A stretch of 64,000 nt of DNA, taken from assembly GCF_006345805.1 (NCBI RefSeq), contig NC_043012.1, forward strand, positions 48,918,001 to 48,982,000, read 5' to 3'. Each line of letters begins with the position of its first letter. The stretch's first letter is position 1. Origin of the DNA: Octopus sinensis (lineage: Eukaryota). Shown here piece after piece: positions 1 to 11,859 of the stretch. The position numbers were made by a program, and so were the translations under genes. A model generated the notes under the pieces. That model had not been told where the DNA came from. It searched no databases and was given only the letters and a program-made list of their open reading frames with translations.

Positions 1-156
1 CGTTGGCATGAAAACCTAACAATGAACTTAGAATGGCTGTAAAAGTTTAAGTTGCAGACTTCACAATTCTATCTCTTATATTTGCCAGATAAATATAGCA
101 TGTTCTCGCTGGCTCACCATGCATATAAAGGAAAGAGCAATTGCAACAGGCTACAC

Positions 157-199
157 CAGAACGCCATCTTAACAGAACGCCATCTTAACAGAATGCCAT
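157..199. repeat. 16-bp tandem repeat (CAGAACGCCATCTTAA x2.7)
   Basis: Units at 157-172, 173-188 and a partial unit at 189-199. Confidence 0.85.
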
Positions 200-381
200 A
201 CATAAAGCACATCTTTGCAGAAAATACGTTCATACTTTATAGAATTCCTCATAGAAAATAGTGATTATGAAAACGATACTGTTATTGTTACACAAGGGGA
301 CAATTAGCACACGACTTATGCTCGCAACATTTTCAAATCTAATGGCGTTAAAACTTAGGGTTAAATTCTGACGAAAAAATT

Positions 382-420
<39 letters not shown>

Positions 421-1976
421 TTCTATAAAGATAAAGCGCCTACGATAAAAGGGCGACAGAGAAGCCAACCTACTCCACATCCTAAAGGTGTGACTGACTT
501 AACCTGAATACACTGATGATTAAGAAGATTTTGGGGAACTAAATTTTCCAAAACTACCTACATTTGAACTGATACACAGATATGTGAAACCTTAATTAAA
601 AGATCGAATTACAACATAGTCGTATATTCAGGACATGTTTAATAGAAGAGCTGTGCCCCTTACATATGTAAGTGAGTATACATATGCATAAACGTATATA
701 TGTATATCTGTGAGCTCGTACCAGTGTGTGTATACAACATAAGTGATTACTGTACTTAGGTCAGAATATGCAGTTTTAGCAATCCAATTACTGTACATAT
801 TTCATATGTATGCAACCAGCTGTCTCTCATAAAAACAAAAGATTCATATTGAAATAAATTTTTTATTTGCATTCATTTCTGAATTTGTGCCTGCATTACA
901 GGTGTGTGCGAACGTATGTATGTATTTATATTTGCGAATATAAATACATACATGTATGTGAATATGTATACACATGTGTATATGGATACATTCATGCACG
1001 TTCCTATACCCGCTGCACATTATTATATACACAACAAACAGGTTAACTCGTACAACATTGTGTATTTCCATGGTTACAATCATCCACAAACTTTCAAGAA
1101 TGGTAGAGAAGAATTTAAAACATATGAAAATTAGTAGTTTTCAAAATGAAATCCTACAAGGATAGAACTTTATGCATTCAGTGTTTCTACTTCTCTCTTA
1201 CATTAAAACAATGAATAGACATATTCTGTTGTGTCTGGGGAGATTCATTTTCTTTTTGTGCCTTATTATGTAACACACTCACCAGTAAAATTTCCACTTT
1301 TTTTTTTCTATTTTTATTGTCCTAAAATTTTCGTTGCGTCTTGCAACCTTTTCAATAGTTTTGAAATTTTACCAGTGAGTGTGTTACATAATAAGGCACA
1401 AAAAGAAAATGACTCTTCCCAGACACGACAGAATATACTTCAACGCAAGAACTCATATAAGGAATCTTGCAAACCAAATCCAAAAACGAAATGAATAGGC
1501 ACTAAAACTTCTATCCGCTTCACCTTCAACAATAACACAGTTCTGATCCTTCTCCTTACTTTTCTTCCTTTATTTCACCTTCTTCTATTACATAAGGGGC
1601 CACCAACAATAAAGCAAATCCTAAATACCTTCGCTAATCTAGACAAAGAATTTGTTAGCAAGAGTGCGTGTTGTTGTAACTGCGATTTACACGACTTGAC
1701 ACCACTTCAACACTGTTCAAGTGAAGCTATTAATAATCTTCACCATTACCGAACACTTTACACGCACCCAGACCGTAAAGATTGACTGTGAGCGGGGTCA
1801 TGGGTATGGTGGATGTGTAGCAGAGAAGTTGGTTACTGTGATGGTAGGGTGACAGTGACGATAGGGGTGCTGGTCGTGGTGGTAATGGTGTTCTTCTCAT
1901 TGCATGAGTTCTTGAGAACGGCGATATAGGAATAGATCTCTTCTGGTAGGATTGCATAACTCATGCCTGATAGGTG

Positions 1977-2297
1977 TTTGCATGCATGTATGTATGTATG
2001 TATGTATGTATGTATGTATGTATGTATGTATGTATGCATGTATGTATGTATGTATGTATGCATGTATGTATGTACGTATGCATGTATGTATGTGTGTATG
2101 CATGTATGTATGTATGCATGTATGTATGTGTGTATATATGTATGCATGTATGTATGTATGCATGTATGTATGTGTGTATGTATGTATGTATGTATGCATG
2201 TATGTGTGTATGTAAGTATATGTATGTATGTAAGTATGTATGTGTGTATGTATGTATGTACGTAAATGCATATATACTTATCTATCTATCTAACTAC

Positions 2298-2332
<35 letters not shown>

Positions 2333-2390
2333 ATCTATCTATCTATCATCTATCTATGTCAGTCTATCTCTCTCTCTCTTTATATATATA

Positions 2391-2430
<40 letters not shown>

Positions 2431-2460
2431 ATATATATATAATATATACATACATTTATA
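1977..2460. repeat. Compound microsatellite (ATGT)n/(ATCT)n/(AT)n
   Basis: Directly visible; it generates the spurious MYVC/HTYI ORFs. Confidence 0.95.
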
Positions 2461-2806
2461 TTTATGATAATGATTTATTTGTTATACAGTAATTCTGTTT
2501 TATTAGAAGTTTTATAATATAACCTGATCGTGTTGTTTGTTTTTATTTATATCTCATAAATATTTCTAATTAAAGCACAACATCTGTAATCCAAAGAAAG
2601 TTTGGTCCATACCATCAACTCTGGCTTTTATTTAAAAGGTACTTTTTTTTATCCACCCTGGTCAGACGAAAGCAGAGTTGAGTACGGCGCAATTGAAATC
2701 CAAACGTAAAGTACCGGCACATATAACGCAACGTACTGTCTTTGACACTGACACCAACTTTGTAGTTATCGCTACATGCGCGCACGCACGTACTCAGATA
2801 CACACA

Positions 2807-2846
<40 letters not shown>

Positions 2847-3096
2847 CACACACACAAACGCACACACACATGTGCATAAATGGATGTTAATGTATGTGTG
2901 TGTGTTTGTATACATATATATATATGTATATATATATAGGCGGAGGTGTAGCTTTGTGGAGACACGCTTGCTTACTAACCACAATCCTTCTGCGCGAGAC
3001 CTTGAGCAAGTGTCTTCTACCGTATCCTCGGGCCCACCAAAGTGGATTTGGTAGATGGAAATTGAAAGCAACCAGTCATATATGTATATATATTAT

Positions 3097-3174
<78 letters not shown>

Positions 3175-3244
3175 GATATAAATAATATATATTGTTATGA
3201 TATAAATAATATATAAATATATACACATATACATACATATATGT

Positions 3245-3860
3245 AAATGCCTACATATTTATAGGGTAAGTTTACGAAAAAAACAACAGACGAAGATAGG
3301 TGGTGTACAAAACAAACAGATGTATTAGTATAACGCCCAGGAATAGAAAAAGTCTTTTACGTTTCGAGCCTACGCTCTTCTACAGAAAGGAACACAGAAA
3401 AAACAAGGCGAGAAAAAATGTCTGTTGTGGCTAACGATCTAGCATGGCGACTTGTATATATACATGCGAATATGGATACAGGACATCAAAAAAACGTTGA
3501 ACACAATTTGAAACGAAAACATAAAAACAAAAACAGACGCGAACTTTTTTGGAACAACGAAAAAATAAAAAAACAGAGAAACGGGACATGCAACATAAAG
3601 AATATTCTCCTTCTTCAGCTGTCCCTGTTTCATCTACTCCGCGTTCGAAGGCAAAGGAAATTAAATAAAATTTGGGGTTTTTTGCGGAGGGTGAAAGTGG
3701 TATCAAGAACAGGACAGTGAGAAGAAAACAGTAAAAACAAACAGTGAGGGCTGTTAAGCCAAGACAACCACTATTAGGGATAAAATTTCGAAGGGGATGA
3801 AAAATAAAAACATATACCATATAATATTTCTAATATTTCTAATATTTCAGATTACCCTTT
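3245..3860 (-). mobile_element. Penelope-like (PLE) terminal-repeat fragment carrying a hammerhead motif
   Basis: Lies between (TA)n tracts and carries the HHR-like motif at 3354-3389. Segments recur at ~34480-34790 (opposite strand), ~37920-38500 and 51484-51697. PLE assignment is inferred from the HHR. Confidence 0.6.
3354..3389 (-). ncRNA. Minimal type-I hammerhead ribozyme-like motif, A6U core variant
   Basis: Minus strand: CUUU-CUGUAGA-A-GAGC(GUAG)GCUC-GAA-ACGU-A|AAAG. Stem I CUUU/AAAG, palindromic stem III ACGU. Confidence 0.6.
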
Positions 3861-3862
3861 GA

Positions 3863-3917
<55 letters not shown>

Positions 3918-4161
3918 AATGTGTGTGTCTTTTTGTCTGTGTTTGCCACCCATCATCGCTTGACAAAGAGTGTTGGTGTATTTTCGTTCCCGTAACCAAG
4001 TGGTTCGGCAAAACGATCCGAAAGAATAAATAGCAGGCTTAAGAAAAAAGTAAGTATTGGGGTCTATTCATCCGTCTAAAATTTCTTAAAGGTGGCGCCC
4101 GTGCATGACCGCAGTCTTATGACTGATACAAGCATTAGATAAAAGATATACTCTGCACTCA

Positions 4162-4541
4162 TTTACTTGTTTCAGTCATTTGACTGTGGCCATGCTGGAG
4201 CACCGCCTTTAGTCGAGCAAATCGACCCCAAGACTTATTCTTTGTAAGCCTAGAACTTATTCTATCGATCTCTTTTGCGGAACCGCTAAGTTACGGGGAC
4301 GTAAACACACCAGCATCGGTTGTCAAGTGATGTTGGGGGGACAAACACAGACACACAAACATACACACATACACATATATATACATATATACGACGGGCT
4401 TCTTTCAGTTTCCGTTTACGAAATCCACTCACAAGGCTTTGGTCGGCCCAAGGCTATAGTAGAAGACACTTGCCCAAGGTGCCACGCAATGGGACTGAAC
4501 CTGGAACCATGTGGTTGGTAAGCACGCTACTTACCACACAG
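4162..4541 (-). mobile_element. SINE family A, near full length
   Basis: Reverse complement of the 45266/63221 copies: tRNA-like head with A/B-box-like motifs, CORE-like ggcaccttgggcaagtgtctt, internal TA/TG tract, 3' tail ggcggtgctccagcatggccacagtcaaatgactgaaac. Confidence 0.92.
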
Positions 4542-5769
4542 ACAGAATTGTTATAGTTACTGATATATTATGAACAATAATTTTATGTAACTAATACGAT
4601 GAAAAATTGTACTTATGTACTTTAAGCATGAAGAAATATTTGTATGTGTGTTTGAATTTACTTCCAATCTTTAACTTCATCACTGTTTTAAGTGCTACTA
4701 AAGATATTTCCTAGAGTCACAAAGATATTCAGTTTCTGCAACTGGAAGTGCAGTATTTCATATAACACGCACTCGCATACACACATGTATGATATATATA
4801 TATATATATTGTGTGTGGTGTGTGTGTGTGTGTGTGTGTGTGTGGTGGTGTGTGTGGTGTGTGTGTGTTGTGTGTATGTGTGTGTGTGTGTTAGTGTGTG
4901 TGTGTATGTATGTATATGTATATATATATGTATGTATATATACATATATAGTATAGGTATGTGTGCATATGTGTAATATATGAATAATATATATACATAT
5001 ATGTAATATATGTATGTATATTTATATAATATATATTATATAATATATGTGTGTTATGTAATATATATATATAATATATATTACGTACATATATATGTAT
5101 GTATCTATGTATATATACATGTATGTATGTGTGTTAATATATGTATATATATATATATACGTATGTATGTATATGTATCTATTTACATACATAAATACAA
5201 CATATATGTGTGTGTGTATGTGCGTGTGTGTGTGCATGCGCACACTTGTTCATATATAACGGAGTAACATCATATCTGGGTTCTGAAATAAGCAGCCTGC
5301 TGGCTTCAACGTCAACCGACTGTTTCTTGTCTTAACCTATGGCCATAAGTTCGTCAATATTTATCGAGTGAACCCGAAAGTCGCTTACAATTTCAGTCAT
5401 GTTCTTACGTACTTATACATGCGCGCGCATATATATATATATATATATAATATACATATATATATATACATACATGCCCGCATGCGCGCGCACACACTCA
5501 CACACATGCACACGCAAATGCATACAATCATATACACACCATATGTACATACATATGGTGTCAAAGGTAACACTATACAGGATTATGTTTACCAAGTGAA
5601 AACACGATGACATCATCCGTCGTCGACATCATCATCATCATCATCATTATTAGCAGCAATATAGCGAACTTGGCGACCAACATCCATCAATTCCCGGTAA
5701 AAACACTTGCCGTGTTGCCAATAGCAATTACAGGCGTTGCAACAAAAACAGTATTACTAGATAGTCGCG

Positions 5770-5926
5770 GGCGCGGCTATGTATTAAGAAGCTCACTTCC
5801 CAAGCCCATGATTCTGGGTTCAGTTCCACTGGTCAGCACCTTGGAAAAATGTCTTCTTCTATAGCTCTGGGACAACCGAAACTTTGTGAGTGGATTTGGT
5901 ACACAGAAACCGAAAGAAGCCCGTCA
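5770..5926 (+). mobile_element. SINE family A, 5' half
   Basis: gggttcagttccactggtcagcaccttggaaaaatgtcttc...gaaagaagcccgtc matches the family head and CORE region. Confidence 0.8.
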
Positions 5927-5940
5927 TATATGTGTATATG

Positions 5941-6000
5941 ATTGATTGATTGATTCTAGTTTCAACTCACGAGCTGTGGCCATGCTGAGGCACCGCCATT
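5941..6000 (-). mobile_element. Extremely 5'-truncated LINE 3' end (same family as 6199-6963)
   Basis: Reverse complement aatggcggtgcctcagcatggccacagctcgtgagttgaaactagaatcaatcaatcaat matches 6896-6963, including an AATC-type tail. Confidence 0.85.
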
Positions 6001-6042
6001 GTATATGTGTATATGTGTATATGTCTATATATATATAGAGAG

Positions 6043-6182
6043 ATCAATAAATGGTGGGGTTGTGTTGACCGCACGTGGAGAAATGATAAGCAAGGAAAAA
6101 TTGTAAAAAGACAGAATGCTAAATTGAAAGAAAATTTAAATGAAAATGGGTATATAGAAAAAGTTTTTGAAAAATTGATAAA
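6043..6182 (+). mobile_element. Possible Penelope-like ORF fragment (RT-endonuclease linker)
   Basis: Translates ...LKENLNENGYIEKVFEKLIK, resembling the L..NGYP..I motif of PLE proteins; flanked by (TA)n. Confidence 0.35.
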
Positions 6183-6198
6183 ATATATATATATTTAC

Positions 6199-6962
6199 AT
6201 GGGTATTTACATGAGTGATGACGCAACCTTACATGTACATGTTGCTAAATTGGCAATGAAATGTAGACGACTGGCCGGATGGATTCTCAGAACCTTTAGA
6301 ACAAGAGAACAAGAAACCATGATGGTCCTCTGGAGGACACTTGTCCTAAGCCACTTTGACTATTGCTCTCAGTTATGGTCACCATCCAGTGTCAAGTTGA
6401 TCACAGAACTCGAGGCGATCCAACGTAGCTACACGAAGATAGCCTCTATGCAGAATGTAAGCTACTGGGAAAGACTCAAGAGATTAAAACTATATTCCTT
6501 GGAGCGTAGGCGGGAAAGATATGCCATAATATACATCTGGAAGATCCTGGAGGGACGTGTCCCAAACTTTGGCATCGAGAGTTACACAAATGCCAGAACT
6601 GGGCGCCACTGCGTGGTGCCTAGGACTCCAAATTTGTCATCAAGATGTAGGACAAGATACTGTGATAGCCTGGGCTTCCGAGGCTCTTCAATATCCTCCC
6701 GAAGAACCTGAGAGACCTGCATGGGGTGGATGCAGATGTCTTTAAAATGAAACTGGATCTCTTCCTGTCAGGTGTCCCAGATGAACCAACTTCACGGCAG
6801 GAGGTGCAGATGAGGGCAGCTGCATCGAACTCTCTCATGCACCAAATGGCAGTCGCTAAAAAGCATTCGTGAAGTAAAACCATGTAGCAACACCAAATGG
6901 CGGTGCCCCAGCATGGCCACAGCTCATGAGCTGAAAAAAAAATCAAAATCAAAATCAAATCA

Positions 6963-6963
<1 letters not shown>
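6199..6963 (+). mobile_element. 5'-truncated CR1-group LINE (ORF2 RT thumb/C-terminus, 3' UTR, (AAAATC)n tail)
   Basis: Peptide LVLSHFDYCSQLWSP...LEAIQR...YWERLKRLKLYSLERRRER, then a frameshift near 6680 to RLFNILPKNLR...FKMKLDLFLSGVPDEP, stop at 6870-6872. Confidence 0.9.
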
Positions 6964-6996
<33 letters not shown>

Positions 6997-7031
6997 ATAT
7001 ATATATATATATATATTATATATATTATTTT

Positions 7032-7072
7032 AATTCAAACGGTTTTCGTCATAATGTGACTTTTCAAGAATT
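7032..7072 (-). ncRNA. Minimal type-I hammerhead ribozyme-like motif, U3:A8 variant
   Basis: Minus strand: AAUUC-UUGAAAA-GUCA(CAUUA)UGAC-GAA-AACCGUU-U|GAAUU. Perfect 5-bp stem I and 4-bp stem II; starts immediately after a (TA)n tract. Confidence 0.7.
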
Positions 7073-7479
7073 GTAAAGGAAAATTTTTTTTTAAATGTGA
7101 TGAGGGGGCGGAAAAAGAAAATTACATTGCTTTTTGCAAAAAAATAGTAATAAATATATACAAAAATTAGAAAATAGGTACTCCGATACATTGTAAAGTT
7201 TTTGTGTATGTTGAGTTTAATGATTGTTCACGAAAAAAATTACCTTGAAGTATTGAGATCCAATGGGATTAAATCGATGTGTTGTTTAATTTAATTAAGG
7301 GTGTCTCTTAAGTGGATGGCAAAACAGGAAGTAGTAGGCCAGTTCCTGTGTTTTGAATAAGGGGAGACAACTCTATGGGTTTTGAGCTCTTCAATTTGTG
7401 TTTATCAATTTTTTGTAATAAAGGGTGTTAATAAACCTTAAATTATAAAATTATCATTTTATTTTCATTTGCATTATCT

Positions 7480-7794
7480 TGGGTGTACCTAAGAGGTTGC
7501 CCTCTGGGGTACAAGTCTTAAAAAACTTGGCTTGTTTTTATGGAAGATCAGCAGTCGCCCATGCATACCAACCTCCCCTCTTCCAACGCCACCGATGTCA
7601 TCCAAGGGAAGGGCAAAGATTGTTACAGATTGGCTCCAGTCACGTCGCAACTCATTTCTACAGCTTGATGAACTTGAACAACGTGGAATGTAATGTCTTG
7701 CTCAAGAACACAACACGCATCCCGGTCCAGGATTCAAACTCACAACCTCACGATCGTAAGCTCGACGCTCCAGCCCACTGAGCCATGCACCTTC
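7480..7794 (-). mobile_element. tRNA-headed CORE-like SINE (family B)
   Basis: Homologous to 18541-18881 and 21385-21707 (cagcagtcgcccatgcatacca...tgtcttgctcaagaacacaac...cactgagccatgcaccttc). Confidence 0.88.
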
Positions 7795-7805
7795 GTATAT
7801 ACATA

Positions 7806-7930
<125 letters not shown>

Positions 7931-8005
7931 TATATACCGGATTAAACACATAAATGTGAAACAAGGTGGAAAAAAGAGTACTCAAATACCAGTGGTAGAG
8001 TAGAG

Positions 8006-8073
8006 TATGCTTTATTTAAAGCAGCAGAAAATTCAACAATTTTGTGAATTTCTGCTGCTTTAAATAAAGTATA
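8006..8073. repeat. Hairpin: 21-bp perfect inverted repeat with short loop
   Basis: ctttatttaaagcagcagaaa (8010-8030) pairs with tttctgctgctttaaataaag (8049-8069); extendable by a G:U pair and an inner TTCA/TGAA. Confidence 0.9.
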
Positions 8074-8411
8074 TATATATATGTGTGTGGTGTGTGTATA
8101 GTATGCATGATGTATGTATGTATGTATGTATGTATGTATGTATGTATGTATGTATGTATGCATGTATGTATGTGTGTGTATGTATATGTACGTATGTATG
8201 TATGTATTATGTATGCATCTGTCTGTACGAATCTGTGTGCGTGTCTGTGAGTGTGTGTGTGTGTACGTATCCAACGATAGAAAAGGAGTACACAGCATAA
8301 AATGGAGAGCAGAATATGCTACTTTGTAGAAGATAAATCTTCTATGATATATATATACACACACACATACATTCGTTCACATATATAAAGATCCTGCAAA
8401 ATTAGAAAAAG

Positions 8412-8435
8412 ATGATGATGACGACGTTGTTGATA

Positions 8436-8478
<43 letters not shown>

Positions 8479-8485
8479 CGACGAC

Positions 8486-8536
<51 letters not shown>
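8412..8536. repeat. (GAT)n trinucleotide tract
   Basis: Directly visible; source of the poly-His and poly-Ser ORFs. Confidence 0.95.
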
Positions 8537-8564
8537 ATCCTAACAGTATGTTTATCCATATCAG

Positions 8565-8887
8565 TAGTGGTTCTGAAATGGGATTCATTTTAAAAATTTA
8601 CGTGTCCTCGTAAACAAAATAGTAAACCGAGGATCATGTCAACCGAGGATCACGGCAGCATGTCAAGGATCCGTATGAACATTTTGCTTTGGATGTATTT
8701 CTTGCAAAAATACAGCCAGGTTTCTTTATCCTAAGTTTTATGTATTTCAGCTTACACAATTCAATGCGTCAGAAACAAAACAGGAATCATTAAAGAAGCG
8801 TCCATAAGACTAGTTTTTATGTGGATCAACCAAAATAAATAGTAATCAATGGGGCCCCATGCGCAAAAAAATGGTTGTGAAGCACTG
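8565..8887 (-). mobile_element. Decayed hAT-type MITE (related to 41653-42022)
   Basis: Ends tagtggttctgaaa...tggttgtgaagcactg; the reverse complement of 8820-8887 aligns with 41653-41716. TSD not clearly preserved. Confidence 0.6.
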
Positions 8888-9299
8888 ATTTCTATTATAA
8901 AAGTAAAGAGAAAATTACGTAACGTCGCTAGAGGGAATCGAACGCTGCATCTGCTGTACACCATACAGTCTATTTACAGTAACACGTAGGAATAGTATTA
9001 AATAACAACTATCACAGCAAAGAGTCTGAGTGTCTCTCTTTTCCTCAGTTGTTTTGTCGTATTCAATAATCTAGCAACCTACTTATTTAGCCAAGCAAAC
9101 TGTTATTTGCCGTTTCCAAGCTGGACATGTTGTTCTGATTATATTTAGCCGTCTTCTTTAGTAGAACAGCGTAAAGGCACTGGCTAAGTTTCTTTTAATT
9201 TATTGACTGCTCTGGCTCCAGAATTTCACTTCAGTGACTTGAAACTCACATACAGTAAATACAAACTCACAGCACGCACGAACCTGAACATACATGCAT

Positions 9300-9354
9300 A
9301 CATCCTTGCATCTATACATTTATGTATGTACATATAATATATATGTATATATAT

Positions 9355-9416
<62 letters not shown>

Positions 9417-10143
9417 ATAGTATATATATATAGATATATATATAAGAAACATATATGTATATATATATATACTTATATATGTAGATACATATAATATAAT
9501 ATATATGCAGACATATACATATATACATATATATATATGTATATAACATACATATACATGTATACATATACATATATATGTACACACACACACATACATA
9601 CATGCATATATATATATACACGTATGCATATATGAATATAGTTCTTCATAAATGCATGTGTAGCTGCATATACACATCGTACACACATTCTCACACATAT
9701 GTTGTGTATACTTAGTGTTTTATATACATGTATATCGTATCAAAAATATGTCTATATATGCATGCGCGTGAATATATGCTGTATGTTTATCAATGTTCCA
9801 TACCATGGGTCAGGACATTACTATGCGTGTATGTGTGTAGATATAGTATACGTATATATATATATATATTTATTGATATATATATTATTTATTTATTTAT
9901 ATATATATTTATATAGTATTGCATATGTATGTAGGTTATATATGTATGTATGTATGTATATATATATATATACATACATGTGTGTAATATATACATATAT
10001 ACTAACATACACACATACATGGCTATTTATAAACATATGTTTATGCGTAAGTATGTATATTCATATGAATATATATATATATTATATATATATATTATAT
10101 ATATATATATGTATATATATATACTATATATATATATGTATAC

Positions 10144-10179
<36 letters not shown>

Positions 10180-10272
10180 AATAATATATATATATATATA
10201 TAATATATATATGATATATATATATATGTGTGTGTGCGTATATGTATATATATATATATACGTATATATATA

Positions 10273-10341
<69 letters not shown>

Positions 10342-10352
10342 TATAATATATA

Positions 10353-10400
<48 letters not shown>

Positions 10401-10430
10401 ATGCTTGTGCGCGCGCGTGTAAGTGTGTGT
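9300..10430. repeat. Long imperfect (AT)n/(ATAC)n microsatellite region
   Basis: Directly visible. Confidence 0.95.
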
Positions 10431-11015
10431 GTAATGAACAAATATGTATGCGAAGAGTTTATGTTTGTTTCCTTCCGCTACATAAAATCTGACAAGTTCA
10501 TTGATAAAGATTTATTTTGTTAGCTTGTTCACTTTCCCATCTGTAATGTCGTTCAAGCAATTATATATATTTGTGCGCTGGGACTGATATCTATACACTC
10601 ACCAGTTCCCCAAGAGATATTATATAGCTTGTCTGGAGCTGAAGCGTAGCATGGACTCTGTGACAGGGTAGTTTAATGAATGCGTCTACCTAGTTATATA
10701 GAGTTCAACCACAGCATGGACTTTGGGACAGAATTGCTTGGGAATGTATGCTAATATCTAAACCCGTCTATTTTCGAATGTCAACCAGTGTACAATCGTG
10801 TGCATTTACTTAGTGGTTATGAACGCAGCTTGGCCGGGTGGTTAAGCTGTTTGCTTCACAGTTACGAGACACCACGTTCGATCCTGGTGTCTTGGCCAAA
10901 TAGTTCTTTCTTTTCTTTTTTAATCATAGTCTCGTGTCAATCTAAGTCTTGTGAATGAAACTGGTAAACGGAAAATGTACTAAAATCTGACATATGGACT
11001 ATACCAGTAACTTAA

Positions 11016-11221
11016 CCCACTAGCAATCAAAGGCCCAAATATTCCCCTTGTTTTATGTTTGAACTGGTCAGATTCAGCCTCTCACACCTACCCTACAATG
11101 ACATTCTAAAAATAGAGTGTCATATCATCAAAATCTCGAAGTGACTAGAAAATGCAAGACTAATTTAAAACTGAGAATCAATAAGCATTACATTTGACAG
11201 AGTAATCTGAATGCTAATGGG
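11016..11221. mobile_element. piggyBac-type MITE
   Basis: TTAA|cccactagcaatcaaa ... tctgaatgctaatggg|TTAA: CCC/GGG termini, imperfect 16-bp TIRs, TTAA TSD at 11012-11015 and 11222-11225. Confidence 0.88.
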
Positions 11222-11859
11222 TTAAATGTTTAACCGGAACAGACACCGTACAGGATATGGTTTACAGAATTACATAATCCTGTAATTTGGTCATGACAGC
11301 GACGCTATGACACTCTGCTTACGAAATGTGTGTACTTTTTTTTGTGTACTTTTTGTGTACTTGTGTGTACTTTTTTTACAATATAAACTGATATTAGTGA
11401 CGGAAACAGCATTAGTACCGAAAGGCAATCTTTATAGCCAACTTAAAGTGGATGTATTGTCAAAACGCCGTATACTGCGGTATTCGCACTTAGTGATCCA
11501 GTCATATAGACGCACGGAGCTTGAAAGCGCCCGAATATATCATAGCAGACAAGATTCTTCTGGGGTAGGTCCAGGATAAGGTATAATATTCTTATGTCGC
11601 ACGTTCGGATGACATCTACTCAATTCTACTCCTGCCCTTCTCTACCCTTATAGGATAAAACGCTAAGTTGACTCTGAAGCACAAACGATTCTGCTGATGC
11701 GCCGCCTCCACAATAATCACATCTGCATTTACGATCAATAAGCTAAGTATTTAGCTGTTATGTCGCACGTTCGGATGCCTTCTACTCTCTACTGACGTCT
11801 AGGCTTCCCTCTCTATATCTACGTATTGGGTTAATCTACTTCATCGTCTGGGGGTGTCC

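Larger units (their letters stand above)
2939..4148 (+). mobile_element. tRNA-headed CORE-like SINE (family A), split at its internal (TA)n tract by an insertion
   Basis: 5' half 2939-3078 (ggcggaggtgtagc...ccttgagcaagtgtcttctac) and 3' half ~3920-4148 (...catgaccgcagtcttatgactga...aaaagata) both match the full copies at 45266-45664 and 63221-63612. Confidence 0.8.

Noticed and set aside
505-600. CTGATGA followed by a hairpin resembling the 35953 ribozyme
   Set aside because: No GAAA in register after the stem and no stem I partner; at most a decayed relic.
5305-5362. Minus-strand TTGACGA...GAAAC hammerhead-like motif
   Set aside because: U3:G8 mismatch, non-palindromic stem III and no stem I.
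6007-6711. 234-aa ORF as a host gene
   Set aside because: Chimera of a short PLE-like piece, a (TA)n run and a frameshifted LINE ORF2 C-terminus.
5941-6963. ~40-bp inverted repeats flanking the LINE, as DNA-transposon TIRs
   Set aside because: Both are LINE 3' ends with their own simple-repeat tails; no TSD; better explained as two opposite insertions.
11592-11777. 20-bp direct repeat (ttatgtcgcacgttcggatg) 166 bp apart, as a CRISPR-like repeat or TSD
   Set aside because: Only two copies, similarity trails off beyond them, eukaryotic context; most likely a small local duplication.
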